In this document: piece by piece, positions 1 to 9,139 of the stretch
Layout: each line of letters opens with the position of its first letter
Numbering within the stretch: the stretch's first letter is position 1
IMG/VR virus record: IMGVR_UViG_3300010399_000008
Coordinates: 501-64,500 of that record
DNA from: a virus
Lineage: Duplodnaviria > Caudoviricetes
Length of the DNA stretch: 64,000 nucleotides
Reading direction: 5' to 3' (one strand)
Translations under genes and position numbers: made by a program
The notes under the pieces: generated by a model
Database searches by the model: none
The model's input: only the letters and a program-made list of their open reading frames with translations
Told to the model about the DNA's origin: nothing

Positions 1-10
1 TACACGCCTA

Positions 11-40
11 TTGAATCGCGAAAAGGAATCGGCTTAGGAT
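11..40 (+). promoter_or_regulatory. Putative sigma70-like promoter for the capsid operon
   Basis: TTGAAT (11-16), 18-nt spacer, TAGGAT (35-40), ahead of a structured leader and the capsid gene. Confidence 0.4.
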
Positions 41-49
41 ACGAACCAT

Positions 50-222
50 CGGGAGTCACTCCCGCCATAACCAAATCAACGAGCCACATGCAAGCGTTCA
101 GCGCAAGCCTGTGGTGAGTGCAGCGAAAGTCGTTCAGCGGCGGACGCTCACTTGTGAAGGAATAACACCTTCGCCAGCGAGCGTCCGCTTTTTGTTGCGC
201 CCCTGGCGAATAACCAGGGAGC
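50..222 (+). promoter_or_regulatory. Structured 5' leader of the major capsid gene
   Basis: Several stems, two hairpins sharing a TTCAG loop, a GGACGCTC/GAGCGTCC stem followed by a T run, and a CCCTGG/CCAGGG hairpin over the SD. Confidence 0.45.
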
Positions 223-228
223 ATTACA

Positions 229-1638
229 GTGAGCAAGCTGGCAGAACTCCAAGAGAAGCGCAATCAATTCGCAGCCGACATTCGCACACTAGCCGAAAAG
301 TTCAACGCCGAAGGCTATGTCGACAATGCGGAAGATCAGGCAGCGTGGGCCAAAGTCAATGCGTCCTACGATGCGAACCAAAAAGAGTTCGACACCGAGA
401 AGAAAGCCATCGACGACGCAGTCGCACGCAAGCAAGCGATCGACAAGCGGCTTGGTGAAATCAACGCGCACCAAGACGACAGGCTGATTGGTCGCGACGG
501 TGGCAACCTGGACCAGCCTCCGGTTCACAAGGACCGCTTCGACCGCGGCAACCAGATCACCGAGGAAACTCAAGCTCTTGCGATGCAAGGCTGGTTCCTG
601 AATCAAATCGAAGGCGGGCAGATTTCCGATCAGCACGTTGCCGCGGCCAAACGGGTTGGCCTGAATCTCAACGCTCGGCAACTGAAGATTTCCTTACCGC
701 AAAACTACCGTTCCGTTCGGGATGCTGTAAGCGGGCCGATGATCGACATGCAGCGGTTCCGCAACGCGCTTTCGAGCCAAGACGGTTCAACCGGTGGATT
801 CACTTTCGGCGATAGCTTCGTCGCCAATCTCGAAAAGGCGATGCTCGCGTTCGGCGGGATGCTCCAAGTATCGAGCGTGATCCGCACGACCGACGGCGCG
901 CCGATGCGGTGGCCGACGGCAAACGATACCGGCAACTCAGGACGACAGATCGGTGAAAGCCAAGCGGTCACTACTCTTGATCCGTCTTTCGGCGCGGTGA
1001 TTTGGAACGCCTACAAATTCACGAGTGACGAAATTCTCGTCCCCTACGAATTACTGCAGAACAACGCGGTCAATTTGGTGAATGAACTTCCACTCATGCT
1101 TGGGGAGCGACTCGGTCGCATCCTCAACACCAAGTGCACGACCGGTACTGGGGCGGGTACGCCGAAGGGAATCGTGACATGTGCGACGGCTGGCGTTACA
1201 GCGGCATCCGCTACGGCCATTGCCTACGACGAACTCATTGACTTGGAACACTCCATTGACCCGTCCCGTCGGAACTTGCCGGGTGTCGGGTATATGTTCC
1301 ACGACAACATGCTTCTCATGTTCCGTAAATTGAAAAACGGTAACGGTGACCCGCTGTGGACATCCGGTGTGAATTCTGGGGCACCGAACACGATTAACGG
1401 TAGGCCGTACACGATCAATCAAGATATGGCTAGTGCGGCAATCGCCAGCGCTATCACGGTTCTGTTTGGACAATTCCCGCAGTACAAGATTCGCCAAGTG
1501 AATCAGATCCGAATCTATCGACTCGTCGAACGGCATCGCGAGAACGATCAAGACGCATTCCTGGCGTTCAACGAGTTCGACGGGAACCTTCTTGATTCTG
1601 GCGATCACCCGGTCAAAAAACTCACACAACACTCGTAA
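229..1638 (+). CDS. Major capsid protein, HK97 fold, with N-terminal coiled-coil delta domain
   Basis: 469 aa; coiled-coil N-terminus, GGFT motif, GTGAGTPKGI, LKNGNGDPLW, G.P, FG.F..Y pattern typical of HK97-family capsids; GTG start with AGGGAG SD. Confidence 0.93.
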   Translation: MSKLAELQEKRNQFAADIRTLAEKFNAEGYVDNAEDQAAWAKVNASYDANQKEFDTEKKAIDDAVARKQAIDKRLGEINAHQDDRLIGRDGGNLDQPPVHKDRFDRGNQITEETQALAMQGWFLNQIEGGQISDQHVAAAKRVGLNLNARQLKISLPQNYRSVRDAVSGPMIDMQRFRNALSSQDGSTGGFTFGDSFVANLEKAMLAFGGMLQVSSVIRTTDGAPMRWPTANDTGNSGRQIGESQAVTTLDPSFGAVIWNAYKFTSDEILVPYELLQNNAVNLVNELPLMLGERLGRILNTKCTTGTGAGTPKGIVTCATAGVTAASATAIAYDELIDLEHSIDPSRRNLPGVGYMFHDNMLLMFRKLKNGNGDPLWTSGVNSGAPNTINGRPYTINQDMASAAIASAITVLFGQFPQYKIRQVNQIRIYRLVERHRENDQDAFLAFNEFDGNLLDSGDHPVKKLTQHS

Positions 1639-1646
1639 GGTGAAAC

Positions 1647-1835
1647 ATGGCAACCAAAGAGATGGTATCCGTGAAACTCAACAGCGGCCGCGTTGGAAAC
1701 AACCTCGACAGAGATGGTCGCGTATGCGGCATGTTCGCGCAAGCCGCCGGCGAGATCGTCCAGATGCCATCCGACGAAGCTCAACGGTACATCGAAAAGG
1801 GACTGGCGTCTCCAGCACCCAAGGAAAAGCAATAG
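1647..1835 (+). CDS. Small head-module protein
   Basis: 62 aa right after the capsid, AAGGTG SD; GEIV...EA.RYI.KGLA pattern common in post-capsid small proteins. Confidence 0.6.
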   Translation: MATKEMVSVKLNSGRVGNNLDRDGRVCGMFAQAAGEIVQMPSDEAQRYIEKGLASPAPKEKQ

Positions 1836-1876
1836 GGCAGACGCTGCCTCAAACAACAACAAACGGGAGTTTCGAT

Positions 1877-2356
1877 ATGGAAAGTTTCATCGAACGCAAT
1901 TGCATCTCTCTTGGGAAAACGCTTGTCGCTGACGGTACGTCGGAAGTTCTCACGGCCGTCGAGGACATGAGCGGTTATGACGAGATTTCGTTCTTGATCC
2001 TGCATGGCGACGTCGATGCCGCGGCCGTGATGGTCTACACGGTGAAAGAGAACACTGCGTCAAGCACCAGCTCACCGACGCCTACGACGATCACCGGAAC
2101 GATTGTGACAGGCACCGGGGCAACGATCAGCAGCGGAGCGCTCACGATCACCGAGGCGTCTGGAAACTTGGACAACAAAATTTTGGTGCTCACCGTCGCG
2201 CATTCGTCAATCAGCAAGCGATACGTATTTTTGTCGATCACTTGCACGGTCGAAAGCCACGAAATCAATGGGATTATCACGGTCAAGTCAAGAGCCAGAG
2301 GTCTCCCGGTAACTCAGTCATCCGATGTCGTTGCGACTTTGCAAGCTGCGTCATAA
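1877..2356 (+). CDS. Putative capsid decoration/structural protein
   Basis: 159 aa from ATG 1877 (GGGAG SD); beta-rich, DMSGYDEISF motif; position after the capsid. Confidence 0.55.
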   Translation: MESFIERNCISLGKTLVADGTSEVLTAVEDMSGYDEISFLILHGDVDAAAVMVYTVKENTASSTSSPTPTTITGTIVTGTGATISSGALTITEASGNLDNKILVLTVAHSSISKRYVFLSITCTVESHEINGIITVKSRARGLPVTQSSDVVATLQAAS

Positions 2357-2422
2357 ACCAATTCAGATCCGTGTCGATTGTGACTACTCGGCGTAAGCCG
2401 GGGTAACCAACGGAAAGAATCA

Positions 2423-3259
2423 ATGGCAACTTCAACTCAAGGCTCGTACCAACCAAATCTGTATACCGAACAAGGTGGCAGCATTCGCCGCTTTCGTGGA
2501 GTGTCCGGGCTGCCAGCCGTTCCAGAATGCTTATTGTGGGGGAATGCACCGGTTCTCAACTGCCTCGTCGATTCGTCGCTAGGATACTATTTCATCGACG
2601 ACTTTTTGTATCCCGCGACTTCTGCGGTGAGTGACGTACTGGCGTGGACTGCAACGAACGACAGTGCCACCGGAACTCCAGTATTTCAAAATACGGCGGG
2701 TGGTGTCTTCAACGTCGTCACGGCGGCGGCGGACAACGACTATTCCGCTTACGTCCATCCGTACGAGGTCTTTAATCTCGGACTCGTCGGAAAGCAGTTG
2801 TGGTTCGAGGCTCGTTTCAAACTTGCCGAAGCAACAACCAACGAATCCGCCTGGTGGTTCGGAATGACGGACACCACGACGACTGGTGGATTGCAAGCGA
2901 ATACAGCTGGTCCGCTCGCAGATTACGACGGCGCTTTGATCTGGAAAGACGAAGCGTCATTGGCGATTAACTTCGAGACGAGTAATGCGACGGTCCAAGG
3001 TACGACGTCGGCGATGGCGACATTTGTCACAGACACTTGGACGCGCGTCGGATTCTATTTCGATGGAGCGGCTACAACGAGCACAGTCACGCCGTACTAC
3101 AGCGTTGACGGATCATCGGCTCTTGCGGCTGGCACGGCACAGAACGTAACGCTCGCCAGCATGACTGCTTCCAAGTTGGTGTTTGGCGTTAAGGCCGGAC
3201 CAAGCGGCGCGGCAGAAACACTTCAGGTCGATTACATCCGCTGCCTGCAGTTGCGGTAG
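2423..3259 (+). CDS. Putative virion structural protein (beta-sandwich/lectin-like)
   Basis: 278 aa, Thr/Ala/Gly rich; DDF, WFEARFK and VDYIRC.Q.R features; in the head module. Confidence 0.55.
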   Translation: MATSTQGSYQPNLYTEQGGSIRRFRGVSGLPAVPECLLWGNAPVLNCLVDSSLGYYFIDDFLYPATSAVSDVLAWTATNDSATGTPVFQNTAGGVFNVVTAAADNDYSAYVHPYEVFNLGLVGKQLWFEARFKLAEATTNESAWWFGMTDTTTTGGLQANTAGPLADYDGALIWKDEASLAINFETSNATVQGTTSAMATFVTDTWTRVGFYFDGAATTSTVTPYYSVDGSSALAAGTAQNVTLASMTASKLVFGVKAGPSGAAETLQVDYIRCLQLR

Positions 3260-3281
3260 TCAATCACAAAGGAACCGATAC

Positions 3282-3941
3282 ATGACGACTCTTGATATCA
3301 CCCAACTCCACGGCCGCGTCCGCTCTGGCAGCGTCCCGGCATACGGAGACCTTTCGGAACAGATCCCGGCTCAGAATCGCCGAGGCGAGTTAATTGTGTC
3401 CGATGGTCTTCCACGCGATACGGAATTGACGCGACTTGGTGATACGTGGAGTACAGTCATCCCGACCGGCTCAGCGTTCACCCACGTTGCCGACATGCCG
3501 ACAACGCGGGCTGAATTGGCTCTCTACAACGGCGAGTCATCGGGCGGCAAGAGCTACATCGTCAACTCCGTGTGGTGGTACTGCCTGACGTCCATTACCG
3601 CTGCCTCGGGTGCAACGATCATCTATCAAATCGCAGCGGCCGCGGCTGCTTTGACCGACAACACAGCTGTGCTCATCAACAGTCCGCTGGGCAAGACTTA
3701 TTCCGGACTAGCGAAGCGTGCTCTGGCTGTGACCACGTTGACGGCCAACAAATGGGCGGCGCTGGCTTCATCTCCTGCTGGACCTGCGGTGTCGATCGGT
3801 TTTGGACTCTTCGCTCCAGTCAATGGTGGAATCATCGTGAGACCCGGAGCGACCCTCGGAGTCAATGTCGTCGTTGGTACTGCGACAGGGACCGCTTTGA
3901 TGGGCATCTCGTGGAGCGAAGCCGTTTTGGATCTTGGCTAA
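3282..3941 (+). CDS. Putative virion structural protein
   Basis: 219 aa from ATG 3282 (AAGGA SD), Ala/Thr/Gly rich; stop overlaps the next start (TAATG). Confidence 0.5.
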   Translation: MTTLDITQLHGRVRSGSVPAYGDLSEQIPAQNRRGELIVSDGLPRDTELTRLGDTWSTVIPTGSAFTHVADMPTTRAELALYNGESSGGKSYIVNSVWWYCLTSITAASGATIIYQIAAAAAALTDNTAVLINSPLGKTYSGLAKRALAVTTLTANKWAALASSPAGPAVSIGFGLFAPVNGGIIVRPGATLGVNVVVGTATGTALMGISWSEAVLDLG

Positions 3942-4576
3942 TGCAATATGGACTCACCAACTCGACGCCGGCGACTGTTGAGCCAGTTTCGATTATCGAA
4001 GCTCGCAAGCAGGTTGAATTGCCAGCGGGCTACACCGCTCACGATGCGCATCTGCTGCGATTGGTGACCGCCGCGCGCGAGCGGTTCGAGATGATCACCG
4101 GACGGCAGGTCGTCAAAGCCACTTGGGATTTGTACCTGGACAGGTTCCCGAGTTCGAGCGAACCGATTTACCTACCAAAGCCTCCCCTGCAGTCCGTGAC
4201 TTCGATTACCTACTTGGATACCGCAGGCGTCAGCCAGACGTGGAGTGCGAGCGATTACTCCTACAGCACGCACAGGGAGCCTGGAATCGTGACGCCTGCC
4301 TACGGAGAAGCCTATCCGTCAGCTCGCTGGCAGATTGATTCAATCCGCGTGCGATACGTCGCTGGCTACGGACCATCGACATCAGCACCAGAAGGAATCA
4401 AGGCGGCGATTCTGCTGCTCGTTGGTCACTGGTTTGATCACCGGGAGGAAGTGAACGTCGGGAATATTGTGCAAGAGATCCCAACGGCGGCAGCGGCATT
4501 GATGGATCAATACATGGTTGGAGACGAATTCATCAACTACAGCGGACGGTGCGACAGTTACGCGGAGGCTGCCTGA
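3941..4576 (+). CDS. Head-tail connector/adaptor (HK97 gp6-like, phiE125 gp8 type)
   Basis: EPVS..EARKQ, AARE..E..TGR, LP.PPLQSVTSITY, AGYG...P..IK.AILLLVGHWF..RE motifs. Confidence 0.88.
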   Translation: MQYGLTNSTPATVEPVSIIEARKQVELPAGYTAHDAHLLRLVTAARERFEMITGRQVVKATWDLYLDRFPSSSEPIYLPKPPLQSVTSITYLDTAGVSQTWSASDYSYSTHREPGIVTPAYGEAYPSARWQIDSIRVRYVAGYGPSTSAPEGIKAAILLLVGHWFDHREEVNVGNIVQEIPTAAAALMDQYMVGDEFINYSGRCDSYAEAA

Positions 4577-4917
4577 TGGCTGCGGCTGGCGCCTATCGCG
4601 ACATGGTGGATATCCAGCAGGACAGCAGCGCAGACGGAGCAGCACAAGAGGATTTCACTGGTGCGCCGCTTTACAAGGATGTGCCTTGTGAGATCGAAGC
4701 GACAGGCGGTGCGGAAAAGATTCGAGGACGGCAATTAGAAGCTGGGGTTGATTACGTGGTTCGAATGCATCACTTGCCGGATATCGAGCCGAAAATGCGA
4801 CTGATGGTAACGGGTGGAATTTACAAAGACTTGGCATTGAACATTAAGAGCATCGCACCGCGACTATTCCGCGGACGTGCTTTATCAATGGAACTCGACT
4901 GCTCATCAAAACTCTGA
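4576..4917 (+). CDS. Head closure protein (SPP1 gp16-like)
   Basis: 113 aa; AG..R..V.IQ, I.P.MR, NI.SI pattern; follows the adaptor with a TGATG overlap. Confidence 0.75.
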   Translation: MAAAGAYRDMVDIQQDSSADGAAQEDFTGAPLYKDVPCEIEATGGAEKIRGRQLEAGVDYVVRMHHLPDIEPKMRLMVTGGIYKDLALNIKSIAPRLFRGRALSMELDCSSKL

Positions 4918-4918
4918 A

Positions 4919-5860
4919 ATGTCCCGATCAGCACTCACCTTCAACGCAGTCAGCGCCACACAAACGTCGGTCGAGGATTCCTCACTCACGACCGGGACAA
5001 GATTCTTCGTTCATTCATCTGGAACGGATGCCTCTACAGGCGGGCTCACTCCCGACGATCCTGTGGCTTCATTGGATTATGCCGTTGGGCTCTGCACAGC
5101 CAACCAAAACAGCACCATCTATTTAAAGCCTGGTCACGCCGAAACTCTGACAACTGCGACGGCCGCGAATCTGGATGTAGCTGGAATAACGGTCAAAGGA
5201 CTAGGGAACGGAAGCAACCGAGCGACACTCACGTTATCGAGTTCGACTGCAGCCACGGTTCTTATTGGTGCTCCGAATATCAAGCTGCAAAACATTCGCA
5301 TTGTGTCAGCGGTCGACTCCGTTCTCGCGATGCTCAACATCAGCGGCGCTGGCAACTTCGTCTGTGAGGATTGCGATTTCGTTACCTCGTCGGGCTTCGA
5401 GGCGATTTGCTTCGTCAATATCCCAACGACGTTTGACGACTTCACTTTCCGACGATGCCGATTCTTTCAGCCAACCGATCCAACAGGGACAGACGGGAAT
5501 GCAGGGACGGGATGCTTTTACTTCGTGGATAGCGAAAACCTGTTCTTCGAGGACTGCTTTTTCTACGGCAATTTTGAAACGGCAATCTGGCACAACAAGA
5601 CAACGGCAGCCAAGAACGTGTGGGTGCGAAACTGCGACGGAACGCAACTACTCACCGGGGCGGAAGTATTTACCCAAGTGGCGAACATGGAAGGTGGGGC
5701 GCGGTCCAGTCTGTTCATTATTCCCGGTGCTGACGACGTTACCGAGGCGAAAACCTGGGGAACGCTGTCAGACAAGTTCTTTATCAACCTTGATTGTGGA
5801 GTTGGAAACGACGGAGTGGGTGGACAACTGGCAGTAGCCGGTGCATCCGCAGCGACGTAA
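4919..5860 (+). CDS. Parallel beta-helix (pectin-lyase-like) protein inserted in the neck module
   Basis: FFVHS.GTD...G.TPDDP.ASLDYAV...IYL.PGH start and repeated F..C.F beta-helix turns. Confidence 0.65.
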   Translation: MSRSALTFNAVSATQTSVEDSSLTTGTRFFVHSSGTDASTGGLTPDDPVASLDYAVGLCTANQNSTIYLKPGHAETLTTATAANLDVAGITVKGLGNGSNRATLTLSSSTAATVLIGAPNIKLQNIRIVSAVDSVLAMLNISGAGNFVCEDCDFVTSSGFEAICFVNIPTTFDDFTFRRCRFFQPTDPTGTDGNAGTGCFYFVDSENLFFEDCFFYGNFETAIWHNKTTAAKNVWVRNCDGTQLLTGAEVFTQVANMEGGARSSLFIIPGADDVTEAKTWGTLSDKFFINLDCGVGNDGVGGQLAVAGASAAT

Positions 5861-5870
5861 CGAGAACGCA

Positions 5871-6389
5871 ATGCCAACCCTCGAAATCAACAACGACTTT
5901 TACAAGCAAGCCGACCGCGAACTGGCTGGTCTGCCAATGCTCCAACGCGCACCGGCAATCAAGAAGGGAATGAGAAACGCCGGGAACATCGTCAAGCAGC
6001 GGGTGCGTGAGAGACTCCCCAAACCGGGATACCCAGGCGACAAACCGGAGTTAAAGCCGCTACGTGACGCCACAGCCGTGAAGGTAAAGGAATATCCCAA
6101 CGGGACGATTGTCGCGCTGGTTGGTTATGAGTGGGGCGCTGGGTCGCACGGTCATAACGTCGAAGAGGGGCACGCGATTGTCACTGGTGGCACTTCTCCC
6201 AAGCCGAGTGCTGGACGCAAGACAGCGAGAAAGTCAGCGACACCTGACGGACGAGGAACCGGAGTAATCCGCGGACGAGTTGCCGGGCGCTACGACATTG
6301 CCATTTCTGCGAAGGCTACTGAGTCGGCACAGTCAGAGGCGATTAGCGCAGGCATCCAGGAAGCAATTGCAGAAAACAAACGAGGATAA
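5871..6389 (+). CDS. Neck/tail-completion protein (HK97 gp10-like)
   Basis: Basic 172 aa; AIKKGMR.AG..V and H.VE.GH motifs; position. Confidence 0.7.
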   Translation: MPTLEINNDFYKQADRELAGLPMLQRAPAIKKGMRNAGNIVKQRVRERLPKPGYPGDKPELKPLRDATAVKVKEYPNGTIVALVGYEWGAGSHGHNVEEGHAIVTGGTSPKPSAGRKTARKSATPDGRGTGVIRGRVAGRYDIAISAKATESAQSEAISAGIQEAIAENKRG

Positions 6390-6401
6390 AGGAGTCGACA
6401 C

Positions 6402-6818
6402 TTGGCAGAAATTACGATTACCGCATCAGCCGTCGCTCCGATTGCTAATTCGACGATCCAGGCGGAATACAACGCTGGGGCGACGATTGCCGCTGGACAA
6501 TTTGTCTACATCGATACAGCAAACTCCAACGTGCTCAAGCTCGCTCAGGGTGACGGCACGACTCTGGAATCAACGGTCGCTGGTATGGCGCTAAGTTCCG
6601 GGTCGACAGGACAGCCGATCAAGATCGCAATTGGCGGAACAGTAACCATCGGAGCTGTCGTGGCGGCGGGTGTGTTTTATTTTCTGTCGTCCACGGCAGG
6701 CAATATGGAATTGTTTACTGATGTGGCGTCCACGGAAAAAACCGTGCTTGTTGGCTTCGCGACAACGACTTCGATTCTTGACTTACGAATCATCATAACC
6801 GGCATCGCAAAGACGTGA
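6402..6818 (+). CDS. Putative decoration/cement-like virion protein
   Basis: TTG start with AGGAG SD; AGATI.AGQ.VY, G.AL, Y.LS.TAG, VG.A pattern. Confidence 0.55.
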   Translation: MAEITITASAVAPIANSTIQAEYNAGATIAAGQFVYIDTANSNVLKLAQGDGTTLESTVAGMALSSGSTGQPIKIAIGGTVTIGAVVAAGVFYFLSSTAGNMELFTDVASTEKTVLVGFATTTSILDLRIIITGIAKT

Positions 6819-6829
6819 GGACGTAACGT

Positions 6830-7285
6830 GTGGCGGGATTGTTCGACGAAGAATCTGGCGGACTTGTCACGTACTGGAAAACAATCAGTGCGATCACATC
6901 GCGCATCGGCACAGGTACGAGCATGCGGGCCACGGCCGACGTCGCACGAGAGAAGTGGACGGGGCAGTTTCTCGTATACACGCGCGGGACAGGCGGGACG
7001 GTATTTAACAACCACAGAGGACCGACCGGGGCGAGAATCAGTCTCGTGCATGTTTACGCCTGGGGCGATTCTCGAACCGACGCAGACGCGCTCATTGAAG
7101 CCGTCAAGCTTGCGATGCAAAGCGGGTTTGCCAGGAACACATGGAGCGGCGTTTACATCAACCGGTGTCTTATCGACGAGCCACCGGACGATGGCCACGA
7201 CCCGCCATTCGACGGTTCAGACAAAAAGAAATTCTGGTCCCGGCTCGTGCTGCGGATCACGCACGCAGAGGGCGGCGGGACTTAA
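6830..7285 (+). CDS. Tail terminator protein (DUF3168-like)
   Basis: 151 aa immediately before the tail tube gene; V..YA....A..L..AV pattern. Confidence 0.65.
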   Translation: MAGLFDEESGGLVTYWKTISAITSRIGTGTSMRATADVAREKWTGQFLVYTRGTGGTVFNNHRGPTGARISLVHVYAWGDSRTDADALIEAVKLAMQSGFARNTWSGVYINRCLIDEPPDDGHDPPFDGSDKKKFWSRLVLRITHAEGGGT

Positions 7286-7298
7286 CTAGGAGACTTCA

Positions 7299-7724
7299 AT
7301 GGCTATCCAGACTTATGACACACAACAAGGGGCAACCCTGACGCTTGGCACCGACTCGTTGACTCTGCGAATCGAAGCCATCGGGCCGACGATCGAATCC
7401 GTCATCATCATTCCGCTGACCAACTTGGCGAACACGACGAAGAAAACGTGGGCGCCTGGAGAACTGGCGGACTACGAGGAAGTTGTGGTGCTCGTCCAGA
7501 ACAGTCCGGGTGTGGCCAATCCGTCCAAGGTTGTGCAGACCGTCACGATCACTGGTCCGACGGCACCTGGTGGCAGCGTGCCGGAAAGCGTGACTGGATC
7601 AGCATTCGTCTTCTATCTGACGATGGTGCCTGGATTCGATAGCGCAAACGAGGGGCTTCAGAAGAAGACATTCAAAATCAAGTGGGATGGCGCAACTGGC
7701 CCGACCCGCACGATTGGTTCTTAA
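7299..7724 (+). CDS. Major tail tube protein
   Basis: 141 aa, AGGAG SD; T.L......PG.L.D and terminal F.IKW.G pattern; between terminator and chaperones. Confidence 0.65.
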   Translation: MAIQTYDTQQGATLTLGTDSLTLRIEAIGPTIESVIIIPLTNLANTTKKTWAPGELADYEEVVVLVQNSPGVANPSKVVQTVTITGPTAPGGSVPESVTGSAFVFYLTMVPGFDSANEGLQKKTFKIKWDGATGPTRTIGS

Positions 7725-7742
7725 CAGTGGGGAGATGATTTT

Positions 7743-8096
7743 ATGGCAATGCCGGAACTTATTGCTGATCCGATGGAAGTCAAACTCGTGCGGCATCGCG
7801 CGTGGGATCATCAAGCGACGATTCCAGACTGGATTGAGCACGATCAATACCAAGTGTTCGTCCACAGCATTGGACTCCGAAAACGCAATGAGGCGTGCAA
7901 GTTGCAAGTCGGTTGGATCAGCATCCATCCCGGCGCAAAGTTCTGTCCGACGAACGAATGGAACTACTTCACGTATCCGCAGCGCCGTTGGATCGACGAG
8001 CAAGCTCGGAAGTTGCACGGCAACGCCAGCGATCAGTATTGCGACGAACTTCCGCCGCACATCGATCCGAGTGTAGGTGAACCGATCACAGAATAG
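7743..8096 (+). CDS. Hypothetical protein
   Basis: 117 aa with GGGGAG SD, between the tail tube and chaperone genes. Confidence 0.5.
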   Translation: MAMPELIADPMEVKLVRHRAWDHQATIPDWIEHDQYQVFVHSIGLRKRNEACKLQVGWISIHPGAKFCPTNEWNYFTYPQRRWIDEQARKLHGNASDQYCDELPPHIDPSVGEPITE

Positions 8097-8104
8097 TCGT
8101 TACG

Positions 8105-8241
8105 TAAGTGGGGACTGGCATTACCTGGGTCGTGCGCCGGCTAAGTCGCAAGCAACCGACCGCTTCGTCCCCACTTAGCGGCCGCCGGCTTAGTCGGCTC
8201 GCGACCCAGTTTTTATTTACCAGACGAAAGGAAAGTGGGGA
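8105..8241 (+). promoter_or_regulatory. Candidate RNA switch (long stem, U tract, anti-RBS segment)
   Basis: 8125-8148 pairs with 8186-8209, then TTTTTATTT; loop segment 8167-8177 is complementary to both 8105-8115 and the start-proximal 8233-8241. Confidence 0.55.
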
Positions 8242-8718
8242 ATGCTCAGCAAAGAACAACTCAGAAACAAGTGTGTCAACACAACGCGGCGTTACGACGT
8301 CGTGACGTTTGCGGATGGGAACAAGGCGCGAATTCAATCTCTGACTCGCAGCGAACAGCGGAAATGGCGCAAGGCGACTAAGAGGAAGGACGGCACCGAG
8401 GATCCAGAAAAGATTGAGTACAGCAACGACGTCCTGTGCGCCATGGTTCTCGTGGATGATGCCGGAGAAACCGTCTTCACCGTCGACGAAGCACTCCGAG
8501 GAATGTTCGATTTGTGGGACACGCAAGACTCAACAATCCTCGTTGACGGCGCAGTCAGGCATTGCGGACTGGTTATCGCCGATACGACGAAAGAAATTGA
8601 GGCCCGAATAAAAAACTCCGAAGGGATTCCTGGGAACGGTTCATCGTCAGCGAATGCCGACGACTCGGGATCACCGAATGGGAGTACTACGAACGATTCG
8701 ACGACGACCACCAGTTGA
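8242..8718 (+). CDS. Tail assembly chaperone (gpG-like)
   Basis: 158 aa upstream of the tape measure gene; contains the in-frame slippery heptamer A AAA AAC (8610-8616). Confidence 0.78.
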   Translation: MLSKEQLRNKCVNTTRRYDVVTFADGNKARIQSLTRSEQRKWRKATKRKDGTEDPEKIEYSNDVLCAMVLVDDAGETVFTVDEALRGMFDLWDTQDSTILVDGAVRHCGLVIADTTKEIEARIKNSEGIPGNGSSSANADDSGSPNGSTTNDSTTTTS

Positions 8719-8822
8719 ACTTTTACGCATCCGACGAGTTGGACCGACGGGAGGCGCGGGAAAGCATGATCCCACGCGCTCAGACATGGGAAGAGATGAA
8801 GCAGAACCTGGGAGGGTTTTGA
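8610..8822 (+). CDS. -1 frameshift extension of the tail chaperone (gpT-like part of gpGT)
   Basis: The -1 frame after the heptamer is open for about 70 codons (KKLRRDSWERFIVSECRRLGITEWEYYERF...LGGF) to TGA 8820-8822. Confidence 0.72.
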   Translation, partial: KKLRRDSWERFIVSECRRLGITEWEYYERFDDDHQLNFYASDELDRREARESMIPRAQTWEEMKQNLGGF

Positions 8823-8824
8823 GC

Positions 8825-9136
8825 ATGAGCCAACAAGAACAACCGGAAATCACGGACGTTACGACAACGATGACGGAAAATAGGCGCCGCCATCGACCTG
8901 AAAAGATCGAGATTCGCACAACGGACATTGCGCCCGAGGCGGTAACGCTCAAGTGCGGCGATCTGGAAATTAAGCCAGTGCCGCATACGGACGGTTCCAA
9001 AGGTCCGCCGCGCTACGAAGTCTCAATCGGCGGAAAACTTGTCGCAGCCAAAGAAGTATCTCTGCACATCGGCATTGATTGTCTTGCGGAAGCTCGCATG
9101 GTTTGGCTGCCTGATTTGTCCGAGTGGAAAGGATAG
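8825..9136 (+). CDS. Hypothetical protein between chaperone and tape measure
   Basis: 103 aa from ATG 8825 with GGAGG SD; fills the gap. Confidence 0.55.
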   Translation: MSQQEQPEITDVTTTMTENRRRHRPEKIEIRTTDIAPEAVTLKCGDLEIKPVPHTDGSKGPPRYEVSIGGKLVAAKEVSLHIGIDCLAEARMVWLPDLSEWKG

Positions 9137-9139
9137 TCA

